This document shows, in pieces, positions 19,667 to 30,194 of a stretch of 38,135 bases of DNA. Source of the DNA: Methanobacteriota archaeon (GTDB lineage: Archaea > Methanobacteriota > Methanobacteria > Methanobacteriales > Methanobacteriaceae); the NCBI GenBank assembly GCA_023409695.1, contig JAEYQZ010000028.1, positions 1 through 38,135 of the forward strand, in the 5' to 3' direction. The notes below the pieces were generated by a model. That model saw only the letters and a program-made list of their open reading frames with translations, did no database searches and was not told the DNA's origin. The stretch's first letter is position 1. Each line of letters opens with the position of its first letter. Position numbers and translations under genes: made by a program.

Positions 19667-20470
19667 TTAAATGAATTTTATGTGGACGATTCGATTACCA
19701 AACCTGTCTTTAAAGGTTGGAATTAGCGACAGCCATCGTATTATTTTCCATCTATCTTTATGGTAGTCAAAGTAATGCCAATCTTCAATAAATTCAATTC
19801 CATCGTTCAGTTTTTCAATTTCTTTTCCTTTTTTGATTCCCCACTGGAGTCTGGCTTCTATCTGATACTGATCCTTGATAATATCCTGCTTCTGGTTTTG
19901 TTTTACCAGTGATGCAGGTGTGGTCTCAAGAAGCATTTCAACCTCCTTAAATGCAGCGGCTAATTTACTCATTATGTCTTTAACTTCCTGTTCTGTGAGA
20001 TACATGAATATTCCCTCTGCAATTATCATAACATGTTCATTTGCATTGATATCATCTATCCATGAGTAGTCAAATACAGATTTGGCGATCATTTTATGTC
20101 TTTCACTTTCCTGAAAGAATTGCTTTCGAATACTGATTACTTCAGGTAAATCCAGGTCATACCAAATAATTCTGCCATTATCCGCCCTTAAAAAACGAGT
20201 ATCAAGGCCACACCCAATATTGATGATGGTGGCATCTTGATATTTATCAATAAAAGATTTTACTGCTCTATCTAAAATTTCAGTTCGAACAGCAACACTG
20301 ACCAGTGTTGGCTCTTGATTCTTAAATTTGGAAAAGTCATATTCAATTTGGTCCATTATCTCTATGGCTTTTTCATCTTTAATAATGGGATTATCATTTT
20401 TTGTTTCTGTTGCCCGGGCCCACAGGGGAACCAGCAATGTTTCAGGCACGCCTTTTAATTTTTGCTCCAT
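19667..20470 (-). CDS. Class I SAM-dependent methyltransferase (LCM/TcmP family)
   Basis: ETLLVPLWARA, NIGCGLDTR, WYDLDLPEVI, IAEGIFMYL motifs. Confidence 0.88.
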   Translation of the reverse strand: MEQKLKGVPETLLVPLWARATETKNDNPIIKDEKAIEIMDQIEYDFSKFKNQEPTLVSVAVRTEILDRAVKSFIDKYQDATIINIGCGLDTRFLRADNGRIIWYDLDLPEVISIRKQFFQESERHKMIAKSVFDYSWIDDINANEHVMIIAEGIFMYLTEQEVKDIMSKLAAAFKEVEMLLETTPASLVKQNQKQDIIKDQYQIEARLQWGIKKGKEIEKLNDGIEFIEDWHYFDYHKDRWKIIRWLSLIPTFKDRFGNRIVHIKFI

Positions 20471-20580
20471 GTTTTAGCACCACTGGATATTCGAGATGTA
20501 ATAGTTAGTATCTAGTTTATATAATGTGTTTCTATCTAATTTGATCAATAATTTATAAAATTATAAACAAAAGTAATACT

Positions 20581-21648
20581 ATGGAAGGAGTACAAATTTT
20601 AGGTGCGGGTCCTGCGGGGTTATCTGCAGCCATAAATCTGGCTCGATCTGGCTATAATGTAGATATTTTTGAAAAGAGTGCAGATGTGGGCTCAAGATTC
20701 CACGGAGACTTCCAGGGGCTTGAAAACTGGTCTGATAAAGAAGATGTTCTTAATTTATTTAAAAGTATGAATATTGATATTAATTTTAAATATAATCCAT
20801 TTTTAGAACTTAAAATCTTTAATGAATCTAAAATATGGAATTTTAAATGTAAAAGACCTGCATTTTATCTTGTTAAAAGGGGATCAAAAGAAAAAACTTT
20901 AGACACTGCTTTAAAAAATCAAGCCTTGGATTTGGGAGTAAATATTCATTTTAACGAAACAATTCCTGAAAATAAAGCTGATATTATCGCAACTGGGCCT
21001 ATAAAAGATAAAATTTATGCTGCAGCAAAGGGCATTACCTTTAAAACTTCATTCCAAAATACTGCAGTTGGCCTTGTTAATAATAATACTGCTTTAAATG
21101 GTTATTCCTACCTTTTAATTGCAGATGGACAGGGTTGCATGGCCACTGTTTTATTCAATAAGTTTAACAACATCAGTTCTTATTTTAAACAAACAGAAAG
21201 AATTTTTAATGATAAATTTGATTTGAATTTGAAAGAAGTGGGTAATATGGGTGGTGTAGGAGGTTTCTCCAGTGAAAATGTTTTTAAACGTGGTAAAAGG
21301 TTATATGTGGGGGAAGCTGCAGGTCTGCAGGACTTTTTATGGGGATTTGGGATTAAAAGCGCTGTGACATCAGGATACCTTGCTGCAAAAAGTATAATTG
21401 ATGGAAAAGATTACCAAAAATGTGCAGAAGGATTTTTCAATGACAAATTGAGGGCAGGTATGGTCAACCGTTATTTATGGGAAAGATTTTGTTTTTTAGA
21501 TTACTCATTTATAGTAAACAGGATTCACAAAGCAGATGATCATCTTAAATTCCTTAATTACTTTTATAACTCTAATTTTATTCATAAAATGATTTATCCA
21601 TTTGCTAAAGGATATTTGAATAAAAAATATGAGATTTTAAGAATCTAA
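20581..21648 (+). CDS. NAD(P)/FAD-dependent oxidoreductase, geranylgeranyl-reductase-like
   Basis: GAGPAGLSAA FAD motif; VGEAAGLQDFLWGFGI second FAD motif. Confidence 0.75.
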   Translation: MEGVQILGAGPAGLSAAINLARSGYNVDIFEKSADVGSRFHGDFQGLENWSDKEDVLNLFKSMNIDINFKYNPFLELKIFNESKIWNFKCKRPAFYLVKRGSKEKTLDTALKNQALDLGVNIHFNETIPENKADIIATGPIKDKIYAAAKGITFKTSFQNTAVGLVNNNTALNGYSYLLIADGQGCMATVLFNKFNNISSYFKQTERIFNDKFDLNLKEVGNMGGVGGFSSENVFKRGKRLYVGEAAGLQDFLWGFGIKSAVTSGYLAAKSIIDGKDYQKCAEGFFNDKLRAGMVNRYLWERFCFLDYSFIVNRIHKADDHLKFLNYFYNSNFIHKMIYPFAKGYLNKKYEILRI

Positions 21649-21734
21649 CTTTTTTAAACATAAATAAAAATACAGTTAAATAATTTATGAATGTTAAATT
21701 AGATTAACAATCAATTTTTCAAGGAGTGTTATCC

Positions 21735-23342
21735 ATGATCAGAGGCAATTTAGTTAATCCGTTTACTGAAGAGATCTACCCTGCAGAAATAGAAGTGCAT
21801 GATGGAATGATAGAATGCGTGAGGCAAATTGAAGGTAACTTTAACCAGTATATTTTACCTGGATTTATCGATGCACATATACATATCGAAAGTTCAATGC
21901 TCACGCCTTCAAGGTTTGCAGAAGCAGTTGTACCACATGGAACAACATCTGTTGTATCAGATCCCCATGAAATTGCCAATGTTCTTGGAATCCCTGGAAT
22001 AAAATATATGATTGAAGATGCATCAACTGTTCCTCTTAATGTGTTTTTTACAGCCCCTTCATGTGTTCCTGCAACGCCGTTTGAAACTTCAGGTGCTGTA
22101 ATTGGCTCAAAAGAGATTGATGAACTCCTTAAATATGAAGAAATGGTTGCACTTGGAGAAATGATGAATTTTCCAGGGGTTTTATCAGGTGATCCTGAGG
22201 TTATGGCCAAAATTGCAGCCGCAAAAAATCATGGAAAGCCTGTAGATGGACATGCGCCTCTTTTAAGTGGAAATGACCTTTGTAAGTATATTGCAGCAGG
22301 GATTTCAACTGATCATGAATGCACATTGAAAGAGGAAGCAATTGAAAAAAGAAAGCTTGGAATGAAAGTGATGCTGAGACAGGGCTCGTCTGCAAAAAAT
22401 CTAGCAGATTTAATAGGTGCGGGCGGTGATTTCATAATATCTGATGATAAACATCCGGAAGATCTCTTAAAAGGGCATGTTAATTTAATGCTGAAGGAAG
22501 CTGTTGAACTGGGAGAAGATCCAGTTAAAGTAGTTAAGATGGTAACTGTTAATCCTGCAGCTCATTATGGCTTAAATACTGGATTAATTGCTCCTGGAAA
22601 ATCTGCAGATATGGTTGTAGTCGATGATCTTACAAATTTCAAAGTAAAAGAAGTTTATATAGATGGAAATATTGTTGCACGTGAAGGGAAAGCACTATTT
22701 TCTGTTAATCCAGTTGAACTTGAAAGTACATTTAAAATAAGTTCTAAAGAACCTGCAGATTTTGAAATTTCATCTTCCAAAGGAGAAGAAAAAGTAAGGG
22801 TAATTGATGTACTTGAGGGGCAGCTGCTTACTGAAGAATCTGAAGCAGTACTGTCTGTTGCAGAGGGTAAAATAGAGCCAGATGTGGAAAATGATATCTT
22901 AAAGATAGCAGTTCTTGAAAGATACGGCCATAACAAAATGACAAATGCATTTGTACATGGATTTGGACTTAAAAATGGGGCAATTGCATCAAGCGTGGCC
23001 CATGATTCACATAATATCATTACAGTTGGAACAAATAGTCAGGACATGGCAGACGCCGTTAACAATCTTGTTAAAAATAACGGCGGGCTTGTAACTGCAT
23101 CTAAGGGGTGTATCCATTCCTTAAAACTTCCAATAGGTGGATTGATGAGTACAAAGTCTGCGGAAGAAGTGGCTTTTAAACTTGAAGTTTTACATAATGC
23201 TACGGCTGATATGGGTTGTAAACTGGCTTCTCCTTTTATGACCCTGTCATTTTTAGCCCTTCTTGTAATCCCTAAACTAAAAATAAGTGATATGGGACTA
23301 TTTGATGTCGAAAAATTTGATTTTGTGGATGTTGTAAAGTGA
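21735..23342 (+). CDS. ade: Adenine deaminase
   Basis: [43 protein letters not shown] 21735 after GGAGTG (track start GTG 21726). Confidence 0.95.
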   Translation: MIRGNLVNPFTEEIYPAEIEVHDGMIECVRQIEGNFNQYILPGFIDAHIHIESSMLTPSRFAEAVVPHGTTSVVSDPHEIANVLGIPGIKYMIEDASTVPLNVFFTAPSCVPATPFETSGAVIGSKEIDELLKYEEMVALGEMMNFPGVLSGDPEVMAKIAAAKNHGKPVDGHAPLLSGNDLCKYIAAGISTDHECTLKEEAIEKRKLGMKVMLRQGSSAKNLADLIGAGGDFIISDDKHPEDLLKGHVNLMLKEAVELGEDPVKVVKMVTVNPAAHYGLNTGLIAPGKSADMVVVDDLTNFKVKEVYIDGNIVAREGKALFSVNPVELESTFKISSKEPADFEISSSKGEEKVRVIDVLEGQLLTEESEAVLSVAEGKIEPDVENDILKIAVLERYGHNKMTNAFVHGFGLKNGAIASSVAHDSHNIITVGTNSQDMADAVNNLVKNNGGLVTASKGCIHSLKLPIGGLMSTKSAEEVAFKLEVLHNATADMGCKLASPFMTLSFLALLVIPKLKISDMGLFDVEKFDFVDVVK

Positions 23343-23355
23343 ATTTGGTGATCTC

Positions 23356-24234
23356 ATGAAAGTTATACCGCTTGCCTTTGAGAGTATGGGCGTAAGGTCC
23401 ATGGCTACATTTGTTGAAACTGACCAGAAAATAATTATAGACCCTGGAACATCTATAGCTCCTAAAAGATTTGGATATCCTCCATGGAAAGATGAATTTG
23501 ACGCTTTATATGAGACTAGAGCTAGAATTAAAGAGTATGCCAAAAAATCAGACATTATGACTATAAGCCATTACCATCATGACCATTATACTCCATTTGA
23601 ACTTGGAAAATTTCTTGATTCATCTCCAAAGGCTGCAGAGGAGCTTTATCAAGGAAAAAAGCTGTTTATTAAACACCCTACTTCTCAAATCAATAAAAGC
23701 CAGCAAAAACGAGCTTCTGATTTTTTAAAGAATTTAAAAAATTTAGACTGTGAAGTATCATATGCAGATGGTAAATCATTTGAAGTGGGAGATACATCTA
23801 TTAAATTTTCAAATCCACTTCCTCATGGTTCACAAGGGAGTAAATTAGGTTATGTAGTGGCTGTAACCATAAGGTGGAATGGAAAAAGCTTTATGCATGC
23901 ATCTGATGTTCAAGGGCCTATTTATGGGGAAGCAAAGCAGGTTATTCTTGAAGAAAAGCCAGATATGCTGATATTAAGCGGGCCTCCTGTTTATCTTACG
24001 GGGTATGCTGTTGAAAGAGAAGATATTGAAAAAGCTCGAATCAATCTAATCGAAATAGCAGAGCAAATACCTGAGGTGGTAGTGGACCATCACCTTTTAA
24101 GGAGTACAAGATATCTTAATTTTATAAAGTCGGTGGAGAAAGAATCTGGCAGTAAAATAAGAGTAGCATCTCAAATAATCGATAAGGAACCTGATTTATT
24201 AGAGGCAAGGCGAAAGCAATTTTATAGGGCCTAA
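23356..24234 (+). CDS. UPF0282 family MBL-fold metallo-hydrolase
   Basis: [37 protein letters not shown] motifs. Confidence 0.85.
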   Translation: MKVIPLAFESMGVRSMATFVETDQKIIIDPGTSIAPKRFGYPPWKDEFDALYETRARIKEYAKKSDIMTISHYHHDHYTPFELGKFLDSSPKAAEELYQGKKLFIKHPTSQINKSQQKRASDFLKNLKNLDCEVSYADGKSFEVGDTSIKFSNPLPHGSQGSKLGYVVAVTIRWNGKSFMHASDVQGPIYGEAKQVILEEKPDMLILSGPPVYLTGYAVEREDIEKARINLIEIAEQIPEVVVDHHLLRSTRYLNFIKSVEKESGSKIRVASQIIDKEPDLLEARRKQFYRA

Positions 24235-24464
24235 ATTTATTAAGAGCGTCTGGTTATTCATTTAAAATTTTTAAAATATGATAACTGTTAAATCACACAT
24301 AATTCATATTATGTGGGCTTAATGGCCTTAAAAAAGCAAAATTCTGTTTTTATAATAAAAAAACTTATATTGTAATAAAAGTAAATATGACCATCTTATT
24401 ACGGGATAATGCCATTATAGGACTATAGTTCAAATTATAATCTTGAATATTTAAGGATGATAAG

Positions 24465-25745
24465 ATGGATGCTAAGTACGTTAACGTTCTTTTAATAGAG
24501 GATAATCTTACAGACACAGCTTTAATACGAGAAATGTTAAAGGAAGTACGAAAACCTATATTTAAGTTACACAATACTCGTTGCCTTGAAGATGGATTAA
24601 ATCATATAGAAGAAAAGGGGACAGATGTACTCTTACTGGATTTAAACTTGCCGGATAGTTTTGGCTTTGATACGTTTCTGAAAGCTAAAGAAAGGGCACC
24701 CCAGATTCCTATCGTTATATTGAGTGCATTTGATGATGAAGACATTGCGATTAATGCAGTTAAAGGTGAGGCACAGGATTATTTAATTAAAGGAAAAGTT
24801 GACAGCAGCCTTCTTGCACGATCTATATCATATGCTATTGAACGCAAAGTAATTGAAGGCGAATTAATAAGGCACCGAGATCATCTTGAGGAAATGGTTC
24901 AAGAAAGAACTATTGAACTTCAAGCTGCAAACGAGCGGCTTCAAAACGAGATAGAAGAACGTAAAAGGGCTGAAGAAGAGATTAAAACATCACTTGAGGA
25001 AAAAAATATACTCCTTGAAGAGATACATAATCGAGTTGAAAATAATTTACAGACAATCTCAAATCTTATGGGGCTTGAATATACTCAACTCAATGATAAA
25101 GAACCTATTGAGATTTATCAAGAAAGCCAAAACCGTGTTAAAGCGATAGCTTTAATTCATGAGACTCTTTCCAGATCTGAAGACTTTGCAATAATTGACT
25201 TTGGTAGATATGCTCATGATTTAATTAATCACCTGTTTAAGTCATATGCCGTTGATAAAAATATAGATGCAAATATAAAGATGGATGGGATTCTGCTGGA
25301 TATAGACACTGCTGTTCCATGTGGCTTAATTTTAAATGAACTTGTCACCAATTCTATTAAACATGCTTTCCCATCATCATATCATGAATGCCATGAACTC
25401 TTAAAAGATGCGTTTACACGACCATCAGATGAAAATCAAAAGTTTATAAATGATCAAGTTAGATATGGTGCAATAGGTGGCCTTAAATTTGCAAAAGACT
25501 CTATTAAAGATCAAAATGAGTTGATTGGAGAAATAAACATTACATTTACATTGGATGATGGTAATTTCATTCTAAAAGTTAGTGATAATGGAATCGGTTT
25601 ACCTGATGATGTTGATTTCAGATATGCGGAAACTACGGGGATGCAACTGGTAAATACACTTGTAAGACAGCTTGATGGTCTCATTGATCTTGAAATAGAT
25701 AGCGGTTGCAAATTTAAAATTACCTTTAGGGAATTCAGCGTATAA
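24465..25745 (+). CDS. Hybrid REC + HisKA_2 + HATPase signal transduction protein with degenerate H-box
   Basis: REC (IEDN, LLDLNLPD, DYLIK), coiled coil, EIHNRVENNLQ, NELVTNSIKHAF, VSDNGIG. Confidence 0.9.
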   Translation: MDAKYVNVLLIEDNLTDTALIREMLKEVRKPIFKLHNTRCLEDGLNHIEEKGTDVLLLDLNLPDSFGFDTFLKAKERAPQIPIVILSAFDDEDIAINAVKGEAQDYLIKGKVDSSLLARSISYAIERKVIEGELIRHRDHLEEMVQERTIELQAANERLQNEIEERKRAEEEIKTSLEEKNILLEEIHNRVENNLQTISNLMGLEYTQLNDKEPIEIYQESQNRVKAIALIHETLSRSEDFAIIDFGRYAHDLINHLFKSYAVDKNIDANIKMDGILLDIDTAVPCGLILNELVTNSIKHAFPSSYHECHELLKDAFTRPSDENQKFINDQVRYGAIGGLKFAKDSIKDQNELIGEINITFTLDDGNFILKVSDNGIGLPDDVDFRYAETTGMQLVNTLVRQLDGLIDLEIDSGCKFKITFREFSV

Positions 25746-25764
25746 ATAAATTTTAAAAAATTCA

Positions 25765-26382
25765 TTATTGATTTTCAACGTATTTTAAAATGTTTTGCAT
25801 TGCTTTTTTATGATCTAAGCTTCCTACACGGTTTACAGTCCTTGACATTTCATGAATTCTTTCTAAATATTCTTTTGCAGTATTTTCGTCTACTATTTTA
25901 ATCCTTGTTGAATAAACAAGTGATTCTATTATGGCAAAAATAGCCCTGTTTAACGGTTCAACGCCCTCTTTTTTAATTACAATTTTATCTACATTCGCTT
26001 TTATAATGGTCATCTTAGATTTACTGATATTATCTTCTTTTTCAATTTCTTTAATGCTGGTTACACTTGCAGTAAAAAAGGCATCTGTATTTTTAATGTA
26101 AAAATCGTCACCATATTTTTTAAAATAATCAGAAGAAATATCTCCTATAGTACATCCAACAAAAACTAGAGGATCTTTTAATAGATTTACGACAAATTTA
26201 GAATTAGCTTTTATATTTTCAAGAGTATGGGTCCCCTCAAAAAGATTCAACACGATTTCATTTTTATTTTTGCAGATAACTCCTATGGGGGCTGCATTTG
26301 GCGTTTCTTTCCCATTTTGAGTGGTTATAATTGTTTCATAGAGTAATCCCTTTTTCATTCCAAGAGATTCAAGATCTTGCAT
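25765..26382 (-). CDS. DUF447 family protein (flavin-reductase-like split barrel)
   Basis: YETIITT, PNAAPIGV, GTHTLENI, NRAIFAIIESLVYSTR motifs. Confidence 0.82.
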   Translation of the reverse strand: MQDLESLGMKKGLLYETIITTQNGKETPNAAPIGVICKNKNEIVLNLFEGTHTLENIKANSKFVVNLLKDPLVFVGCTIGDISSDYFKKYGDDFYIKNTDAFFTASVTSIKEIEKEDNISKSKMTIIKANVDKIVIKKEGVEPLNRAIFAIIESLVYSTRIKIVDENTAKEYLERIHEMSRTVNRVGSLDHKKAMQNILKYVENQ

Positions 26383-26623
26383 ACATTCACCTGCTAATTT
26401 AGTTAAACTTATGTCATTTGATTTCTTTAGTACTGTTAATAAATTATGTGGTGAAGAATCTATTTTTAAGTTAGACTGGTTATAACTGATTATTTAAATT
26501 TAATATTATAAAAACAGGATTTAAATTAAAAAGTAGCATGTTTAATAAATTAATCGTATATTAAATCTAAAATAAACTATTTTATTTAATTAAATAAATA
26601 GAAAAGAGGTAAATTGTCTTAAT

Positions 26624-26776
26624 TTATCCGTATCTGTCTCTGCCTTTTAAAAAGATATACACGATAAAGGCTATGACAAGTATAATGATTATTGGTAGCA
26701 AGAACCATAGTATCTTGAGTAAAATTACTGCAACTATAATAGCTATTATTATATATATAATATCTCTAAACTCCAT
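26624..26776 (-). CDS. Small (50 aa) two-TM membrane protein
   Basis: MEFRDIIYIIIAIIVAVILLKILWFLLPIIIILVIAFIVYIFLKGRDRYG; ATG 26776 after AGGA; the longer track ORF would overlap guaAA. Confidence 0.7.
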   Translation of the reverse strand: MEFRDIIYIIIAIIVAVILLKILWFLLPIIIILVIAFIVYIFLKGRDRYG

Positions 26777-26863
26777 ATATCCTAATTGTATTTTAATATA
26801 TTTATACATTTTCATGTTTACATGACTTAATTTACTAATAAAACAATATTTGGGAGATATATA

Positions 26864-27433
26864 ATGAAAATACTTGTTATAAATAATCATGGACAATACA
26901 ATCACAGAATTCATAGAACATTACATTATTTAAAGATTCCTTCAGAATTAATTCCAAATTCAACGTCTATTGATGAAATAAATGAAAAAGAACCTGTAGG
27001 CCTTATATTAGGAGGGGGACCCTCTATAGAAAGAGCTGGAAATTGCTTTGACTATGTTAAAGAATTGGATTACCCTATTTTGGGGATTTGTCTTGGCCAC
27101 CAGATCATAGCAAAAGCTTATGGTGGAGAAGTAGGATCTGCAGGAATGGAAAGCTATGCAAAAATTGAAATAACCATAAAAGAAGAGAATGATATCTTTA
27201 AGGGACTTGGAAATACCATGAAAGTCTGGACATCCCACAAAGATGAGGTTACAACATTACCTGAAGGTTTTAAACTGCTTGCAACCTCCCCAATTTGCGA
27301 AATTGAAGCAATGAAGCATGAAACTAAACCGTTATATGGTATACAATTCCACCCGGAGGTTCATCATACTGAAAACGGGCCTAAACTACTGGAAAATTTC
27401 TATGAATTTTGTAAGAATTACTCCGGTCAATAA
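26864..27433 (+). CDS. guaAA: GMP synthase subunit A (glutamine amidotransferase)
   Basis: GICLGHQ nucleophile, [23 protein letters not shown]-terminus. Confidence 0.95.
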   Translation: MKILVINNHGQYNHRIHRTLHYLKIPSELIPNSTSIDEINEKEPVGLILGGGPSIERAGNCFDYVKELDYPILGICLGHQIIAKAYGGEVGSAGMESYAKIEITIKEENDIFKGLGNTMKVWTSHKDEVTTLPEGFKLLATSPICEIEAMKHETKPLYGIQFHPEVHHTENGPKLLENFYEFCKNYSGQ

Positions 27434-27478
27434 AAATAAGTTAATTAATTTTTAGATTTTAAAAATAAAATTAGAAAA

Positions 27479-27500
27479 TTAGTGCCATTTAAGGCGCTAA
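27479..27500. terminator. Hairpin between convergent guaAA and the oxidoreductase gene
   Basis: TTAGTGCC-atttaa-GGCGCTAA (one G-U), with T/A tracts nearby. Confidence 0.35.
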
Positions 27501-27504
27501 ATAC

Positions 27505-29115
27505 TTACTTTTCTTCATGATACTCTTCTTCGGTATTTATACACCAGAGATTATCCTTGGAAGTGACTCCTTTTATAATATTATCAACTGCAGTCATTGC
27601 GGTAAGCATAGAGTGGTCCATATTGTTATATCTATGCATTCCATTCCTTCCAATTAAAAATAGGTTCTCAAACTTATTTGTGAAGTCCTTAACGGTGTCA
27701 AACTGGTCATAAGTTCCAAAGTAGGCCGGATAAGTTTTTTGAACTCGTATTACTACGTTGTCAAGTACATCTTTTTTATCAATGATATCAATTTTCGCGA
27801 GTTCATCTATGGCAAATTTTGAGAAATCCTCATCACTCATGGTCCAGTATTCATCTCCTTCATCACAGAAGTATTCAAGACCAATCCATGTTTTAGAATC
27901 ATCATTTACCAGATATGGACTCCAGTTATTGAATATTTGAAGCCTACCAATTTTAACGTCACGTTCCTGTATATAAATCCAGTTATCAGGGACAACGTTG
28001 TTGATGGTCCTTTGGTTAGTTTCATTTTTTATTTTAAGTTCATTTAGAAGTAATCCTACTGTAATAAAGTCACGGTATATCAATCCGTTTGCAACATCTT
28101 GAACATTTTGAGGTACATTTTCTGTAGCACTAATTAAATCTTTAACTGGCATTGTTGAGAAGAAATAATCTCCTTCTACTGATTTTATTTCACCGGTTTT
28201 AGCATCTTTAATTTTAATTTGCTTTACTCCATTACCATCATGTTCAATTTCAACAGCTTCCTGATTGAAGTGTATTTCGCCGCCGTTTTCAGTGATAATT
28301 CTTGCTACTTCTTCCCATATTTGTCCGGGTCCATATTTAGGGTACATAAATTGCCCTATCAAGCTTGTTTCTACGTTTTTCTGCTCTATGGAATCGTTTT
28401 TTGAAAATCCGCTTTTTAATGCATGGGTGATAACTTTAGTTATGGATAACCCTTTTACCCTTTGGGCTCCAAAATCAGGTGCAATCTCACTGCAGGAAAC
28501 TCCCCATAGTTTTATATTGTAATCATCAAAAAAAGTGCCGTAAAGTTCTTTACCAAACCTGTTGATATAAAAGTCTTCAAGAGTATTTTCTTCTTTAATG
28601 GGAGATATGACAGTTTTAGCATAACTTAAGCCTATTTTAGTCATTCTTAAGGCGCCTAAATTTTTAATGGTATTAGAATTTAATTTAATAGGATAATCAA
28701 AAAATTTTCTAAGGAAATAAATCCTTGAGAGGCGCCCTCGGTTAAGCATTAATTTATCTTCTTTTTCAGGATCCGGTGCTGCAATTTTTTTAGCTTCTTC
28801 TTGCCCTATTTCTCTTCTTAAGCAGTCTTTATGTAATGGAACTTCTCTTCCAAGGGCTAAATCGTCCTTTGCAGGCGCCCCTTGTAGAGGCATGATATTC
28901 TGCCACCATTTCATGACCCGATCATTTTTTGAGAAAAATCTGTGACCGCCTATGTCTATATGATTGCCCTTATATTCAACGGTTTTTGAGATTCCTCCAA
29001 TATCTTCGCTTTTTTCATAGATAATTGGTTTGATATCAGTTTTATCGAGTAATTCATAAGCTGCAGTTAATCCTGCAGGTCCTGCTCCTATTATAATCGC
29101 TGTTTTTTGACTCAT
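27505..29115 (-). CDS. FAD-dependent oxidoreductase, UDP-galactopyranose-mutase/HemY-like (PRK07208-like)
   Basis: [43 protein letters not shown] motifs. Confidence 0.85.
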   Translation of the reverse strand: MSQKTAIIIGAGPAGLTAAYELLDKTDIKPIIYEKSEDIGGISKTVEYKGNHIDIGGHRFFSKNDRVMKWWQNIMPLQGAPAKDDLALGREVPLHKDCLRREIGQEEAKKIAAPDPEKEDKLMLNRGRLSRIYFLRKFFDYPIKLNSNTIKNLGALRMTKIGLSYAKTVISPIKEENTLEDFYINRFGKELYGTFFDDYNIKLWGVSCSEIAPDFGAQRVKGLSITKVITHALKSGFSKNDSIEQKNVETSLIGQFMYPKYGPGQIWEEVARIITENGGEIHFNQEAVEIEHDGNGVKQIKIKDAKTGEIKSVEGDYFFSTMPVKDLISATENVPQNVQDVANGLIYRDFITVGLLLNELKIKNETNQRTINNVVPDNWIYIQERDVKIGRLQIFNNWSPYLVNDDSKTWIGLEYFCDEGDEYWTMSDEDFSKFAIDELAKIDIIDKKDVLDNVVIRVQKTYPAYFGTYDQFDTVKDFTNKFENLFLIGRNGMHRYNNMDHSMLTAMTAVDNIIKGVTSKDNLWCINTEEEYHEEK

Positions 29116-29178
29116 ATCGGTACTCCTTGCCTAAACGCTTGTTATTAGATTATTATCGATGTTTTTACTAAGCATCGC

Positions 29179-29430
29179 TTTTAGTATATTAACTATTTTT
29201 TTATAATTGCAATTTTTGACTAATATTACTTGTGTATCTTTTATAAATAATGTTGATTTGCAAAAACTTTTAGTATATTAATTGTAGTTTTTAATTGATA
29301 AGGATTAGTGTATCCTTATAAATAAGGTTAATTCATTGCAGAAATTTTTAGTATATTAATTGTAGTTTTTAATTGATAAGGATAAGGTGTATCCTTATTT
29401 AAATAATGCTAATTTCCTTGCAAAAAAGTT
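29179..29430. repeat. Three imperfect tandem copies (78-89 bp period) between gtrA and the oxidoreductase; last copy includes the gtrA 3' end
   Basis: TTTTAGTATATTAA at 29179, 29268 and 29346; 38 bp identical at 29268-29305 and 29346-29383. Confidence 0.9.
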
Positions 29431-29871
29431 CCAGAATAATACTAAAGCAGCTGTGACAACATTTGCCACATAAAAGCCTATATTATGACTTGAATTGTAT
29501 AAATGAACATTGTAGAAAATTTGATAAAAACCCACGAAATCTACAAAGAACCACATAAATATTTCAGTTAAGATCATTCCTATAACGCCAATAACTGCAA
29601 AAATCATGAATTCTGACCACATATTGTCAAGTGTATGTTTGTTAAAGACCCAGTTGATACTCAAAGCATAGTTAGCTATTAATCCTAAAATAAATGCCAT
29701 TGGCGTAGCAATAAGATAATTAATATTGATGTTTGTAAATATCATAAATGCTGCAAATTGCACTAAAAATGCAGCTCCCCCAACGAACATGTAACGGAAG
29801 AACTGAATATGTGTTCTATCGGTCTGATTTTTTAGTAATTTGTCTATAATAGTATCTTCTATATCTGTCAT
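29395..29871 (-). CDS. GtrA family lipid-linked sugar flippase
   Basis: QFFRYMFVGG, NYALSINWVF, WNFFARKLALF; four TM helices. Confidence 0.9.
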   Translation of the reverse strand: MTDIEDTIIDKLLKNQTDRTHIQFFRYMFVGGAAFLVQFAAFMIFTNININYLIATPMAFILGLIANYALSINWVFNKHTLDNMWSEFMIFAVIGVIGMILTEIFMWFFVDFVGFYQIFYNVHLYNSSHNIGFYVANVVTAALVLFWNFFARKLALFK

Positions 29872-30194
29872 TTAATATCTCCATCTAAAATAAGTAAGAT
29901 AATTATAAGTATGTATTATATTATTCTAAATTTTATTCTGTATAAATCTTTGCTATTTAGTTCCATTTGTCCTGCATATAAAATATTCATTTTAACATTC
30001 GTTATATTTTTCTATTTTTTATAAGAGCGCTTTATTTATTGATTTTTGTGAATAATAATTACTTATAATAAATACTCAACTGGCAGATTATTGGAGTATA
30101 TGAAATCAGGTTATTTATTAAAAATTAGAATATTTGAGGAATGATATTTTTAATTAAAACAAAATTTAAGCTTTAGTAGGTTAACTAATTATAT

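Noticed and set aside
25374..25526. Mini-intein in the kinase
   Set aside because: Far too short and lacks the C-terminal His-Asn followed by Cys/Ser/Thr.
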